A DNA stretch of 64,000 nt, from positions 94,100 through 158,099 of the forward strand of contig JBAXRQ010000002.1 of assembly GCA_037131105.1 (NCBI GenBank). The letters run 5' to 3'. A model generated the notes under the pieces. That model did no database searches. It was not told the origin of the DNA and worked only from the letters and a program-made list of their open reading frames with translations. Of this stretch, positions 16,499-24,973 are shown piece by piece (positions within the stretch are counted from its first letter, which is position 1; every line of letters begins with the position of its first letter). The translations under genes were made by a program, and so were the position numbers. This stretch comes from a bacterium (lineage in GTDB: Bacteria; Patescibacteriota; UBA1384; CAILIB01).

Positions 16499-18415
16499 CT
16501 ACGACGATTTGTGAGTCGTCTCTTTCTTGCTGTCCCTGTGTGCAGGAGAAGCTTTCTTCCTGCCTCTTTTCCATAGAATCAGACCGAGGACTGCGGCAAG
16601 CGCCGCTACGGCGAGTACTCCCGCAAGTATCCACCAGATATACCCTTTGCCTGACTGATTCGTGAGCCCGCTGCCGACCACCTTGAAGTCAAATACGTCC
16701 TGCTCATCAGGCTGAGCCACCGTACTCACCGTTATTTTGTGCGTACCGCTGGGAAGGGTGGCCGCATCGACTGAATAGGTCCACTCCCCCTTGTCATCGG
16801 CAGTCACCGCATAGCTTTTTACTGTGCTATAGACCCGTATAGTAACCACCTCATTCGGCTGGGCAGTACCGTTCAGCAGAATGGGCTGTGAGGTTTTCAC
16901 CTGCACATTCTTTCCTACGCCGGCCTCATAGGTTGCCGCACCGACCTTAACTCGTATGGCAGCCAAGGGAGGCGGGGCACCCTCAGGTACAGTACTGGCC
17001 TCAGGAGTAGCAGCGGGTATAGGTGTCGCCTTAGTTCCTGGCTTGGGTGTGGCAGTTGGCTTGGGAGTGGCAGTTGGCTTTGAGGAGGTCTTGGGAGTAG
17101 GGTTAGCCCCTGAAGCAGGAGTACTCGCGGCGGTCGGGGTGGCAGGTGCCACCACCGGAGGAATGCCTATATAGGCGAGCCTGGTACTCAGCAGCACATC
17201 CCAACGATGAGCCACCTCGCGCTGTCCGGCCTGATTCCAATGGGTGCCTTCCCTTCTCCAGGCAAGATCAATCAGGTCGTCACTGTCTACTCCAGGAAAT
17301 ATGTCCTGGCCGTTTATTACTTCATTCTGAGCCTGGCGGATCACTTGCATGGCTGCCAGGTCCGCGGGACTTGTGTTCACAGTTGCACCGGCGGTAGCGA
17401 AATAAGTGCTGTGAGAGACATACCATGGCACCGTCCAGCCGGAATCGCGACGGGAGGCATTGATGAGGTCCATGATCCCTGCCTTGTAGGCGTCCTTCGA
17501 GGTCTTAAGGTTGGCATCGGCCTCGCCCTGGACCCAGAGAATACCCCGCACCCCGTTCTTGCCAAAGTAGTCCAGCCCCATCTTCATACGGTTGCCATAC
17601 AGGTAATAGTCGTCTGGCGTCCAGTTGTGGACTCTTGGCTGATGGGTCACCGAGGTACCACCTTCAGCTATCGAAAGGAAGCCTATGGGCACGTGGAGGC
17701 TGGCTTCGAGATTAGCACCTACTTGGGACCAGATAGAGCCATTAACGACCTGGGGCTGGCTGGGAATGGGCTGGGTGCGAATATTGGGCTGTGGCTCATT
17801 AGCTTTTTCCCATCCTCGGTCAGGCTGGCCGGGGTAGAAGCCGGCTATAGTTATACCGTCGGCAGTCTGGGTCCCTTCCCCCCGCCAGGCAGACACACGG
17901 TCGGAAGTAGTGGCCATGTAGCTGCCTGTATTGGCGGCATTTGACTGCCCTGCCGTAATAAACACCTCGCCCACACCGACCCGGTCGACCTGGGCGCTGG
18001 CGGCGGTCACGCCACTGCGTGTCGCCCTCACCTCTACGGAATACCAGCCTCCCGCTGTCATCCTCAGACTTCCAGAAAATGAACCGTCTGATGCGGTAGT
18101 AGCCACCTCCGTCCAATCGGTACCCACCCCCTTCTGCCCCGACATGACGGTGGAACGAGCCTCCACCCTGAGGCCAGCCGGGCTGCTGCCGGCAAAGGAT
18201 CCCTTGACCGGGACCAGCGCATAGTTACTATCATTTCGCTGAACCACCTCTCGGGCCTGGGGATACTTGATGCTTACGCTGCTGCCCACTGAGAGATCGA
18301 TGGCATGGCTACGTCTGGCAAGATAGCCGTAGGTTCCCAGTGCCGTCAAAGCGAGCAGCAGAATGACGGGTCCCGCTATCCTGAGAACACTTCGCGGCAC
18401 GGTGACGTGGTTCAT
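16499..18415 (-). CDS. Surface-anchored sialate O-acetylesterase (SASA/SGNH) domain protein with P/T linker, Ig-like domain and C-terminal TM
   Basis: GEVFITAGQSNA, ILWVQGEADA, EGTHW; PTATPK repeats; Big-like GTAQPN..GEWTY..GTHKI; TM + basic tail. Confidence 0.85.
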   Translation of the reverse strand: MNHVTVPRSVLRIAGPVILLLALTALGTYGYLARRSHAIDLSVGSSVSIKYPQAREVVQRNDSNYALVPVKGSFAGSSPAGLRVEARSTVMSGQKGVGTDWTEVATTASDGSFSGSLRMTAGGWYSVEVRATRSGVTAASAQVDRVGVGEVFITAGQSNAANTGSYMATTSDRVSAWRGEGTQTADGITIAGFYPGQPDRGWEKANEPQPNIRTQPIPSQPQVVNGSIWSQVGANLEASLHVPIGFLSIAEGGTSVTHQPRVHNWTPDDYYLYGNRMKMGLDYFGKNGVRGILWVQGEADANLKTSKDAYKAGIMDLINASRRDSGWTVPWYVSHSTYFATAGATVNTSPADLAAMQVIRQAQNEVINGQDIFPGVDSDDLIDLAWRREGTHWNQAGQREVAHRWDVLLSTRLAYIGIPPVVAPATPTAASTPASGANPTPKTSSKPTATPKPTATPKPGTKATPIPAATPEASTVPEGAPPPLAAIRVKVGAATYEAGVGKNVQVKTSQPILLNGTAQPNEVVTIRVYSTVKSYAVTADDKGEWTYSVDAATLPSGTHKITVSTVAQPDEQDVFDFKVVGSGLTNQSGKGYIWWILAGVLAVAALAAVLGLILWKRGRKKASPAHRDSKKETTHKSS

Positions 18416-18529
18416 CCTGAGAATTCGCTTACAGATGTAATGTCTCAACTATATAAGACTGGTCCGGCAAAAGGAACCGACAAAAAAAGACGGCCAGCAC
18501 AGCCGTCCCATGCCCCACCAACAAGTCGC

Positions 18530-20032
18530 CTATTCGAAGTTCTCTTCAGGTTCCGGCCGCATAGTCGGGAAGAACACTATCTCCCGAATTGACTCCAGGT
18601 CCATAAAAATGGCCAGAGCGCGGTCAATCCCTCCCCCGTAACCACCAGTAGGCGGCATTCCGTACTCAAGGGCGCGCAGGAAGTCCTTGTCCATACGCTG
18701 GGCCTCAGGATCACCGGCCAGGCGCAGCTTCTCCTGCTCCTCAAACCGCTCACGCTGGTCGATAGGATCGTTCAGCTCACTGAAGGCATTGCCCAGCTCG
18801 GCACCGTCAATGAGTAGCTGGAAACGCTGGGTGATCTTGGGATTGTCAGCATGCTTCTTGGCCAGCGGCGAGAACTCCAAGGGATGGTCAATAATAAACT
18901 GGGGCTGGATCAGGTTCGGACGTACTGTCTTCTTGTACAGCTGGTCCATCAGGCGGCCGCGTCCGAGGGAAAGGTCAGTGTCCACCCGGTATTTCTTGAC
19001 GGTTTCAACGAGCTCTTCGTCGGTGATGGTAAGGATATCGATGCCTGCATACTGCCTGAGTAGCTCCTGGTAGCTGGTACGTGGCCAAGGGCCGGAAAAA
19101 TCCAGCACATGCTCTCCCCGCTGCAGCTGGAGAGTACCAAATGTCTCCTGAATGATATAGCGATACATCTCCTCGACCAGATCCATGAGCTGGGTATAGT
19201 CGGCGTAGGCCCAGTAGAACTCCATCGTGGTGAACTCCTGCAGGTGCTGGGGACTGATCCCTTCGTTACGATAGGCACGGCCGATCTCAAACACCTTGTC
19301 AAAGCCGCCGACAATCAGACGCTTCAGATGTAGTTCCGGTGAGATGCGCAGGAACAGGTCTACGTCCAGGGCGTTGTGATGGGTGACGAAGGGCTCGGCA
19401 TCGGCGCCCCCAGGGATCTCCTCCAGGGTAGGTGTTTCCACCTCTATGAAGCCCTTCTCAGTAAGGAAACGACGCATGGCTGCCACATAGCGGCTGCGCT
19501 TAGCGAAGCGCTCGCGGACATCGGAGCTCACGATGAGCTCAGCATAGCGCTGGCGCTGGCGCTGCTCGACGTCCTGCAGGCCCTTCCAGAGGTCCGGCAT
19601 GGGGCGCAAAGCCTTGGTCAGGATAGTCCAGTCCTTTACCTCTACGGTAAGCTCTCCTCGCTTGGTCACGAAGAGCGGCCCGGAAGCATGGATGAAGTCA
19701 CCCAGATCCAGCAGCTGGATACGCTCGAACCATTCCTCGGAGATGATATCCTTCTTCAACATAAGCTGTATCTTGCCGCTCTCATCCTGGAGATCGACGA
19801 AATACAGCCCTCCCTGCCCACGCAGGGAATAGATGCGGCCTGCTACTGAGACTCCTCCCTCAAGACGAGCACCCTCCCCCATTCCTAGGAGATGGTTGCC
19901 CGAATCACGCACTGAAGACACCGAGTCATGCTCGGGTACGGTGGCTGGATAGGGGTCAATGCCGGCGTCATACCACGCCTGCAGCTTGGCCCTGCGAGCC
20001 TCAAACGGGTCTAGTCCTTCGAACTGATACAT
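18530..20032 (-). CDS. lysS: Lysine--tRNA ligase (class II)
   Basis: RQRYAEL, GGADAEPF, LRISPELHLKRL, YGMPPTGG. Confidence 0.97.
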   Translation of the reverse strand: MYQFEGLDPFEARRAKLQAWYDAGIDPYPATVPEHDSVSSVRDSGNHLLGMGEGARLEGGVSVAGRIYSLRGQGGLYFVDLQDESGKIQLMLKKDIISEEWFERIQLLDLGDFIHASGPLFVTKRGELTVEVKDWTILTKALRPMPDLWKGLQDVEQRQRQRYAELIVSSDVRERFAKRSRYVAAMRRFLTEKGFIEVETPTLEEIPGGADAEPFVTHHNALDVDLFLRISPELHLKRLIVGGFDKVFEIGRAYRNEGISPQHLQEFTTMEFYWAYADYTQLMDLVEEMYRYIIQETFGTLQLQRGEHVLDFSGPWPRTSYQELLRQYAGIDILTITDEELVETVKKYRVDTDLSLGRGRLMDQLYKKTVRPNLIQPQFIIDHPLEFSPLAKKHADNPKITQRFQLLIDGAELGNAFSELNDPIDQRERFEEQEKLRLAGDPEAQRMDKDFLRALEYGMPPTGGYGGGIDRALAIFMDLESIREIVFFPTMRPEPEENFE

Positions 20033-20066
20033 CGCTTCTCGTTACCTGACGTTTCTCGAACCTAGA

Positions 20067-20534
20067 CTACGATATCTTAATGATACTATAATCTACTGTT
20101 CCGCCGTCGGGAATAGCAACTTTCACAGTGTCACCTACCTTAGCGCCCATAAGAGCCACACCCAGGGGGGACTCAATGGAGATCAGTCCCTTGGTAGGAT
20201 CGGACTCAGCGGAGCCGACCAGATTGAATACCATGTCGTCGCCATCTATCTTGACCTCGACCTTGGAACCCATAGCCACCTTGTTGCCGGCCTTGGCCTT
20301 GGCAGTGTCGATGACGCGGGCCTTGCGAAGCAGAGCCTCGAGCTCCTCAATGCGACCCTCAATCATGGACTGGGAAGTGCGAGCAGCGTCATATTCAGCG
20401 TTCTCAGAAAGATCACCGTACTCACGGGTCTCTTTGATCTTCTTAATGACGTCTTTTCGGTCAACATCAATAAGCTGCTTGAGCTCAAGCTGCAGCTTCT
20501 CGATGCCTTCTTTGGTCAGGTAGATGTCCTTCAT
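20067..20534 (-). CDS. greA: Transcription elongation factor GreA
   Basis: GDLSENAEYDAA, ISIESPLG. Confidence 0.96.
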   Translation of the reverse strand: MKDIYLTKEGIEKLQLELKQLIDVDRKDVIKKIKETREYGDLSENAEYDAARTSQSMIEGRIEELEALLRKARVIDTAKAKAGNKVAMGSKVEVKIDGDDMVFNLVGSAESDPTKGLISIESPLGVALMGAKVGDTVKVAIPDGGTVDYSIIKIS

Positions 20535-20558
20535 GCTCGTAATTTCTTGTTTCTAGTG

Positions 20559-20672
20559 TAAAAAAAAGCAAAAAGTACCACCGTTTTTCGATCGCGCTGT
20601 CATGCGGCTCCGAATGGATTTCTCCCTGGCTACCGTACCGTTAGCGCCGATCGTCGAGTACTTTTTATCGCT
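20559..20672 (-). ncRNA. Structured greA leader / small RNA ending in U-tract
   Basis: AAAAAGTAC/GTACTTTTT, CGATCG/CGATCG and GCGCT/AGCGC stems, T8 tail; promoter TTGACA-17-TATACT at 20677-20705. Confidence 0.6.
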
Positions 20673-20771
20673 GTTAAGTATAGGCCAAACTGGTTTTGCT
20701 GTCAATCCTTCTAAAAACCTTTTTGGAAGCTGATTATGACAAAATTATGAAAAATGTCACACCCCCATTTC

Positions 20772-22619
20772 TTACTCCAATACCGCTTTAATGCGCCGTA
20801 CTCCGGCACTAACCGCCTCCTCTTTCGCGATTCGAAACTTCCCCATTCCCCCGGTATGCTCCACGTGGGGACCGGTGCAGATCTCCTTGCTGAAGTCGCC
20901 CATAGTGTATACCGAGACGCTGTCGCCGTACTTGTGGCCGAAGAGCCCGATAGCCCCCTCCTGCTTAGCCTGGTCAGGGCTCATAGTGGCACTGGTCACC
21001 TGCAGGTCGCGCTGGATCTGCTCATTGACCATAGTCTCAACGGCCGCAATCTGCTCAGGCGTCATTTTCTCGGGGTACGAGAAGTCAAAGCGCAGCCGCT
21101 CAGGAGTAATGTTGCTCCCCTTCTGCTGGACGCCATCGCCCAGGACCTTGCGCAGGGACTGGTGCAGAAGATGGGTGGCGGTGTGGTACCGGACCGACAT
21201 CTCGCTGGTGTCACCTAATCCGCTCTTAAACATCTTGTCGGAGCTGGAGCGGGACAGCTCCTGGTGAGCCTTAAGTTCAGCTCGGAACCCAAGAGAATCC
21301 ACGGCGACCCCCTTTTCATAGGCCAGCTCCTCAGTCAGTTCAATAGGAAAGCCATACGACTGATATAAGTTGAAAGCATCCTTACCCGAAATGTCATCGG
21401 CGCTGATCTTCTCAAACTCCTTCTTACCCTGCTGCAGCGTCTTTCTGAATTTCTCTTCCTCTTTGACTATCTCGGCCTTGATTTCGTCCTTCTTGACGAA
21501 GGTTTCTGGGTAGGCATCTTCGTAACAACCGAGTATTGCATCGACGGTCGATTCAAGACCCCCCCGCTCAATGCCTAGACGGTCCCAATGCCTCACCGAG
21601 CGGCGGATTAAACGCCGGACATAATACCCTTTCTCGGTATTACTGGGGATTACCCCATCGGAAATGAGGAAGGCAGCGGCCCGTACATGGTCAAGAATGA
21701 TCTGAAAAGACTTGGTATAGTCAGCGTCATCGTAGGACAGCCCCGAGAGACTCTCCAGGAGCTTCACGCCCCCGTCAAACATGTCGGTACGAAATATGTC
21801 CGGCTGGTCGTTAGTAGCGGCAAGCATGCGCTCAAGGCCTCCCCCGAAGTCCACGTTCTGCTTGGCAAGCTTGTCAAAACCCTTGCCATCCTTCTTGCGG
21901 TACTCCATGAAGACAGAATTGCCGATCTCAAAGTAACGGCCGCAGTCACAGTTAGGGTGACAATGCTCCCCGAAGGCAGGATTGTGCTCCACATCGAACT
22001 CAAAGAATAGTTCCGAGTCCGGACCTCCCGGCTCACCTGGCGACATCTTATCTATCGAACCCTGACGGGCCCACCAGTTCTTCTTGGTGTAGTAGAAGAT
22101 GCGTCCGCCCTGCATGCCAGCCTTGGCGCCGTTCTCTTCTGTTCCCAGGTCCACAGCTGTGGCCTCAATTCCTTTTTCAGCAAACAGCTTCTGCCAGAGA
22201 CTTACTGTTTCTTCATCCCTGGGAATCCCGTTCTCTTCATCTCCACCAAAGGCTGTCACGAACAGCCGCTTAGGATCCAGGCCGATCTCCTCAGTCAGGA
22301 ACTGGAATACCCAGGGGATCTGCTCATTCTTGAAGTAATCCCCCAGGGACCAGTTCCCCAGCATCTCAAAGAAGGTAGTGTGGCGGCTGTCACCTATTTC
22401 CTCTATGTCGTCGGTGCGGAAGCTCTTTTGGGAGTTCGCTAGCCTGGTCCCGTCAGCGTGGGGCTGCCCCAGCAGATACGGCACCAGCGGCTGCATGCCC
22501 GACCCGGTAAAAAGAGTGGTCGGGTCATTTTCAGGCACCAGAGAAGCTGAGGGCATGATCACATGTCCTCTCTTGGCATAGAACTCAAGGAAACGGCGGC
22601 GGATTTCTGTGCTGTGCAT
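20772..22619 (-). CDS. alaS: Alanine--tRNA ligase, short form (no C-Ala domain)
   Basis: DPTTLFTGSGMQP, TFFEMLGNWS, HTATHLL...CTGPHV editing site; ends at GVRRIKAVLE. Confidence 0.95.
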   Translation of the reverse strand: MHSTEIRRRFLEFYAKRGHVIMPSASLVPENDPTTLFTGSGMQPLVPYLLGQPHADGTRLANSQKSFRTDDIEEIGDSRHTTFFEMLGNWSLGDYFKNEQIPWVFQFLTEEIGLDPKRLFVTAFGGDEENGIPRDEETVSLWQKLFAEKGIEATAVDLGTEENGAKAGMQGGRIFYYTKKNWWARQGSIDKMSPGEPGGPDSELFFEFDVEHNPAFGEHCHPNCDCGRYFEIGNSVFMEYRKKDGKGFDKLAKQNVDFGGGLERMLAATNDQPDIFRTDMFDGGVKLLESLSGLSYDDADYTKSFQIILDHVRAAAFLISDGVIPSNTEKGYYVRRLIRRSVRHWDRLGIERGGLESTVDAILGCYEDAYPETFVKKDEIKAEIVKEEEKFRKTLQQGKKEFEKISADDISGKDAFNLYQSYGFPIELTEELAYEKGVAVDSLGFRAELKAHQELSRSSSDKMFKSGLGDTSEMSVRYHTATHLLHQSLRKVLGDGVQQKGSNITPERLRFDFSYPEKMTPEQIAAVETMVNEQIQRDLQVTSATMSPDQAKQEGAIGLFGHKYGDSVSVYTMGDFSKEICTGPHVEHTGGMGKFRIAKEEAVSAGVRRIKAVLE

Positions 22620-22689
22620 GGGCCCACATTATCAGATCACAAATAGATTTGAAAGCGAAAACACGAGTTCACAAGGGCCGCTGGAGTCG

Positions 22690-22779
22690 GATGTATTTCA
22701 AGAAAGGAGCGAGTACAGTACTGAGGCGTACTAGCGTACGTCGAAGGAGGCTCGGAGCTCCTGACGCAGAAAGACGCCG
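22690..22779 (+). repeat. Intergenic structured hairpin, TGAGRC-GTA..TAC-GTYGA family
   Basis: AGGAGC/GCTCCT stem around CTGAGGCGTAC-tagc-GTACGTCGA. Confidence 0.65.
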
Positions 22780-22791
22780 GGTCCAGTGGCT

Positions 22792-23613
22792 CTAAAGGGA
22801 GGGGAACTCGAAGACAGCAGTAGTCCCCTTCTTCTGCCTTGACGTAAACGTAATATTTCCCTGGTGCAACCTGGCGATAGCCTGGGCGATGTGCAAGCCC
22901 AGTCCCAGCCCCTCATAGTCAAAGGTGTACATCGAAGTGCCCCGGTAAAACTCCTCGCTGGCATGGGCGATAACCTCGTCAGGCATGCCGATGCCATTGT
23001 CCACTATCATTACCGAGAAGATCCCCCGCTCCTGCTTGATATTCACCTTTACCTCGCCCCCATCCAGACTGAACTTGACCGCATTATCCGCTAGGGCGAT
23101 CAGCGCCTGCTTCAGGCGACGCTCATCAAAGCGAGCCTCCTTTACCTCATGACTGTCATCTGTAATCGTCATCTTAAGCCCTTTGGCCCGGGCGAAGGGA
23201 TCGACGGCAGTGACAGCGGCGCTTACTGTATCCATGAGATTACCTACACCCAGGTTGAGCGTAAGATTTTTCTGGTCAATCTCACCTACTAGTACCAGCT
23301 GCTGGGTAACAATCCAGAGGCGCTGCTGGCCTCGCACAATGGCCTCGTAATAATTCCCACGCTGCTCTGCGGTCAAAGACGTATCGCCTTCCTGCAGGCT
23401 GCTGACCGCAGTCTGGATGATGGTAATCGGATTGAGAAGATAATGAGAGGCCAGTGAAATGAACTGGTCCTTCCTATCGCGCAGCTCCTTCTCCACTCCC
23501 CGCCGCAGCAACGGGTGAATGAAAAAGGCATACAGAACCAGGCACAGCAGAAAGCCGACCACTACGCCTATTTCCAGGCTGCCCGGATCAAATGCAAAGA
23601 AGGTGGTATCCAT
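22792..23613 (-). CDS. Sensor histidine kinase (single TM, HisKA + HATPase)
   Basis: ASHYLLNP H-box, DNAVKF, DNGIG, GLGLGL; probable start ATG 23613. Confidence 0.9.
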   Translation of the reverse strand: MDTTFFAFDPGSLEIGVVVGFLLCLVLYAFFIHPLLRRGVEKELRDRKDQFISLASHYLLNPITIIQTAVSSLQEGDTSLTAEQRGNYYEAIVRGQQRLWIVTQQLVLVGEIDQKNLTLNLGVGNLMDTVSAAVTAVDPFARAKGLKMTITDDSHEVKEARFDERRLKQALIALADNAVKFSLDGGEVKVNIKQERGIFSVMIVDNGIGMPDEVIAHASEEFYRGTSMYTFDYEGLGLGLHIAQAIARLHQGNITFTSRQKKGTTAVFEFPSL

Positions 23614-23696
23614 ACCGTCCAGTATAGCAAATGTGCTACCATAGGAGGTAAGCGCGCCCTCTGCGCCATCAGCAATCAGCACCAGAAGCCACTCCT

Positions 23697-24965
23697 ATGC
23701 TTTTCTCTTCTCGCAAGCGGACTCCTCGCAAACCCGCAGCACTTGCCCTCGACATCGGTACTGAGTTCGTCAAGGTACTGGTCTTTGAGATTGAGGATGA
23801 GCGTGGCACCGTTATCAGCCAGGCACGGGCTCGCCAACGCCTTTCCGACATGCACGGCGGCAGCGTCACTGATATCGCCGGAGTCATCCACACCGCCAGC
23901 AAGGCCATTACTGAAGCTTTTGAGGCGGCAGGACGCGAACCAGAACAGGTAGTGGTGGGCATCGCCGGAGAGCTAGTAAAGGGAAATACCACTGTCACTA
24001 CCGCTACCCGCAAGAAGCCCCAGACCCCCATTGGCGAGTCCGAGCTCAAGGAGATCATCAACCATGCCCAGAAGGAAACCCTTTCCAAATCCCGCAAGGA
24101 CCTGTCCTGGGAAAGCGGCTACTCTGAAATCGACGTCCAGCTGGTAAATTCTGCAGTAGTCAGCGTCAAAATCGACGGCTACCGCGTCTCCAACCCCCTG
24201 GGCTTCCAAGGTCGCCAGGTAGAAGTCGGCATCTATACCGCCTACGCTCCCACCGTCCATCTCGGCGCCATACAGGCCATAGTGGAAGGCCTTGACCTTG
24301 ACCTGTTATCCATCGCCACCGAGCCCTACGCCGTGGCCCGCTGCTTTGGGTCTGACGAGGCCAGCGACATTTCCAGCATCTTCATAGACATTGGCGGCGG
24401 CACCACCGACATCGCCGTTGTCCGTTCAGGAGGCCTGGAGGGCACCAAAATGTTCGCCCTAGGAGGTCGCGTATTTACCAAGCGGATCGCCACCATGCTG
24501 AAGCTTTCGTTCGCAGAGGCCGAGAAGATCAAGATCGCCTATTCCGAGGGCAGGCTGGAGGAAAAGGACATGAAGCGGGTCGGCGAGTTCATTAAGAACG
24601 AGGTGGCCGTCTGGATCTCAGGCATTGAGTTGGCCCTGGAGGAGTTCACCCAGTCTGATCGTTTTACCGACAATCGCCTGCTCCCCTCCAAGATGTACAT
24701 CTGCGGCGGCGGCAGTCTGCTTCCTGATCTGAAGAAGGCCCTGGAAAAGAAGGCCTGGACCAAGTCGCTCCCCTTTGCAAAGGAGCCGGAAGTACAGTAC
24801 ATTAAACCTGACCAAGTGGCCAATATCGTCGACGGCACCGGCAAGCTGGACAGCGCCCAAGACGTCACCCCGATGGCCCTGGCAAATCTCGCCCTTGACC
24901 TGGTCGGCAACGAATCACCGGTAGCGGGCACCTTCACCAAGATCCTCAAAGGCCTGCGGACATAA
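23697..24965 (+). CDS. FtsA-like actin-family ATPase
   Basis: ALDIGTEFVK, IDIGGGTTD, GGRVFT, EAEKIK, ICGGGS. Confidence 0.85.
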   Translation: MLFSSRKRTPRKPAALALDIGTEFVKVLVFEIEDERGTVISQARARQRLSDMHGGSVTDIAGVIHTASKAITEAFEAAGREPEQVVVGIAGELVKGNTTVTTATRKKPQTPIGESELKEIINHAQKETLSKSRKDLSWESGYSEIDVQLVNSAVVSVKIDGYRVSNPLGFQGRQVEVGIYTAYAPTVHLGAIQAIVEGLDLDLLSIATEPYAVARCFGSDEASDISSIFIDIGGGTTDIAVVRSGGLEGTKMFALGGRVFTKRIATMLKLSFAEAEKIKIAYSEGRLEEKDMKRVGEFIKNEVAVWISGIELALEEFTQSDRFTDNRLLPSKMYICGGGSLLPDLKKALEKKAWTKSLPFAKEPEVQYIKPDQVANIVDGTGKLDSAQDVTPMALANLALDLVGNESPVAGTFTKILKGLRT

Positions 24966-24973
24966 GCATTCCC

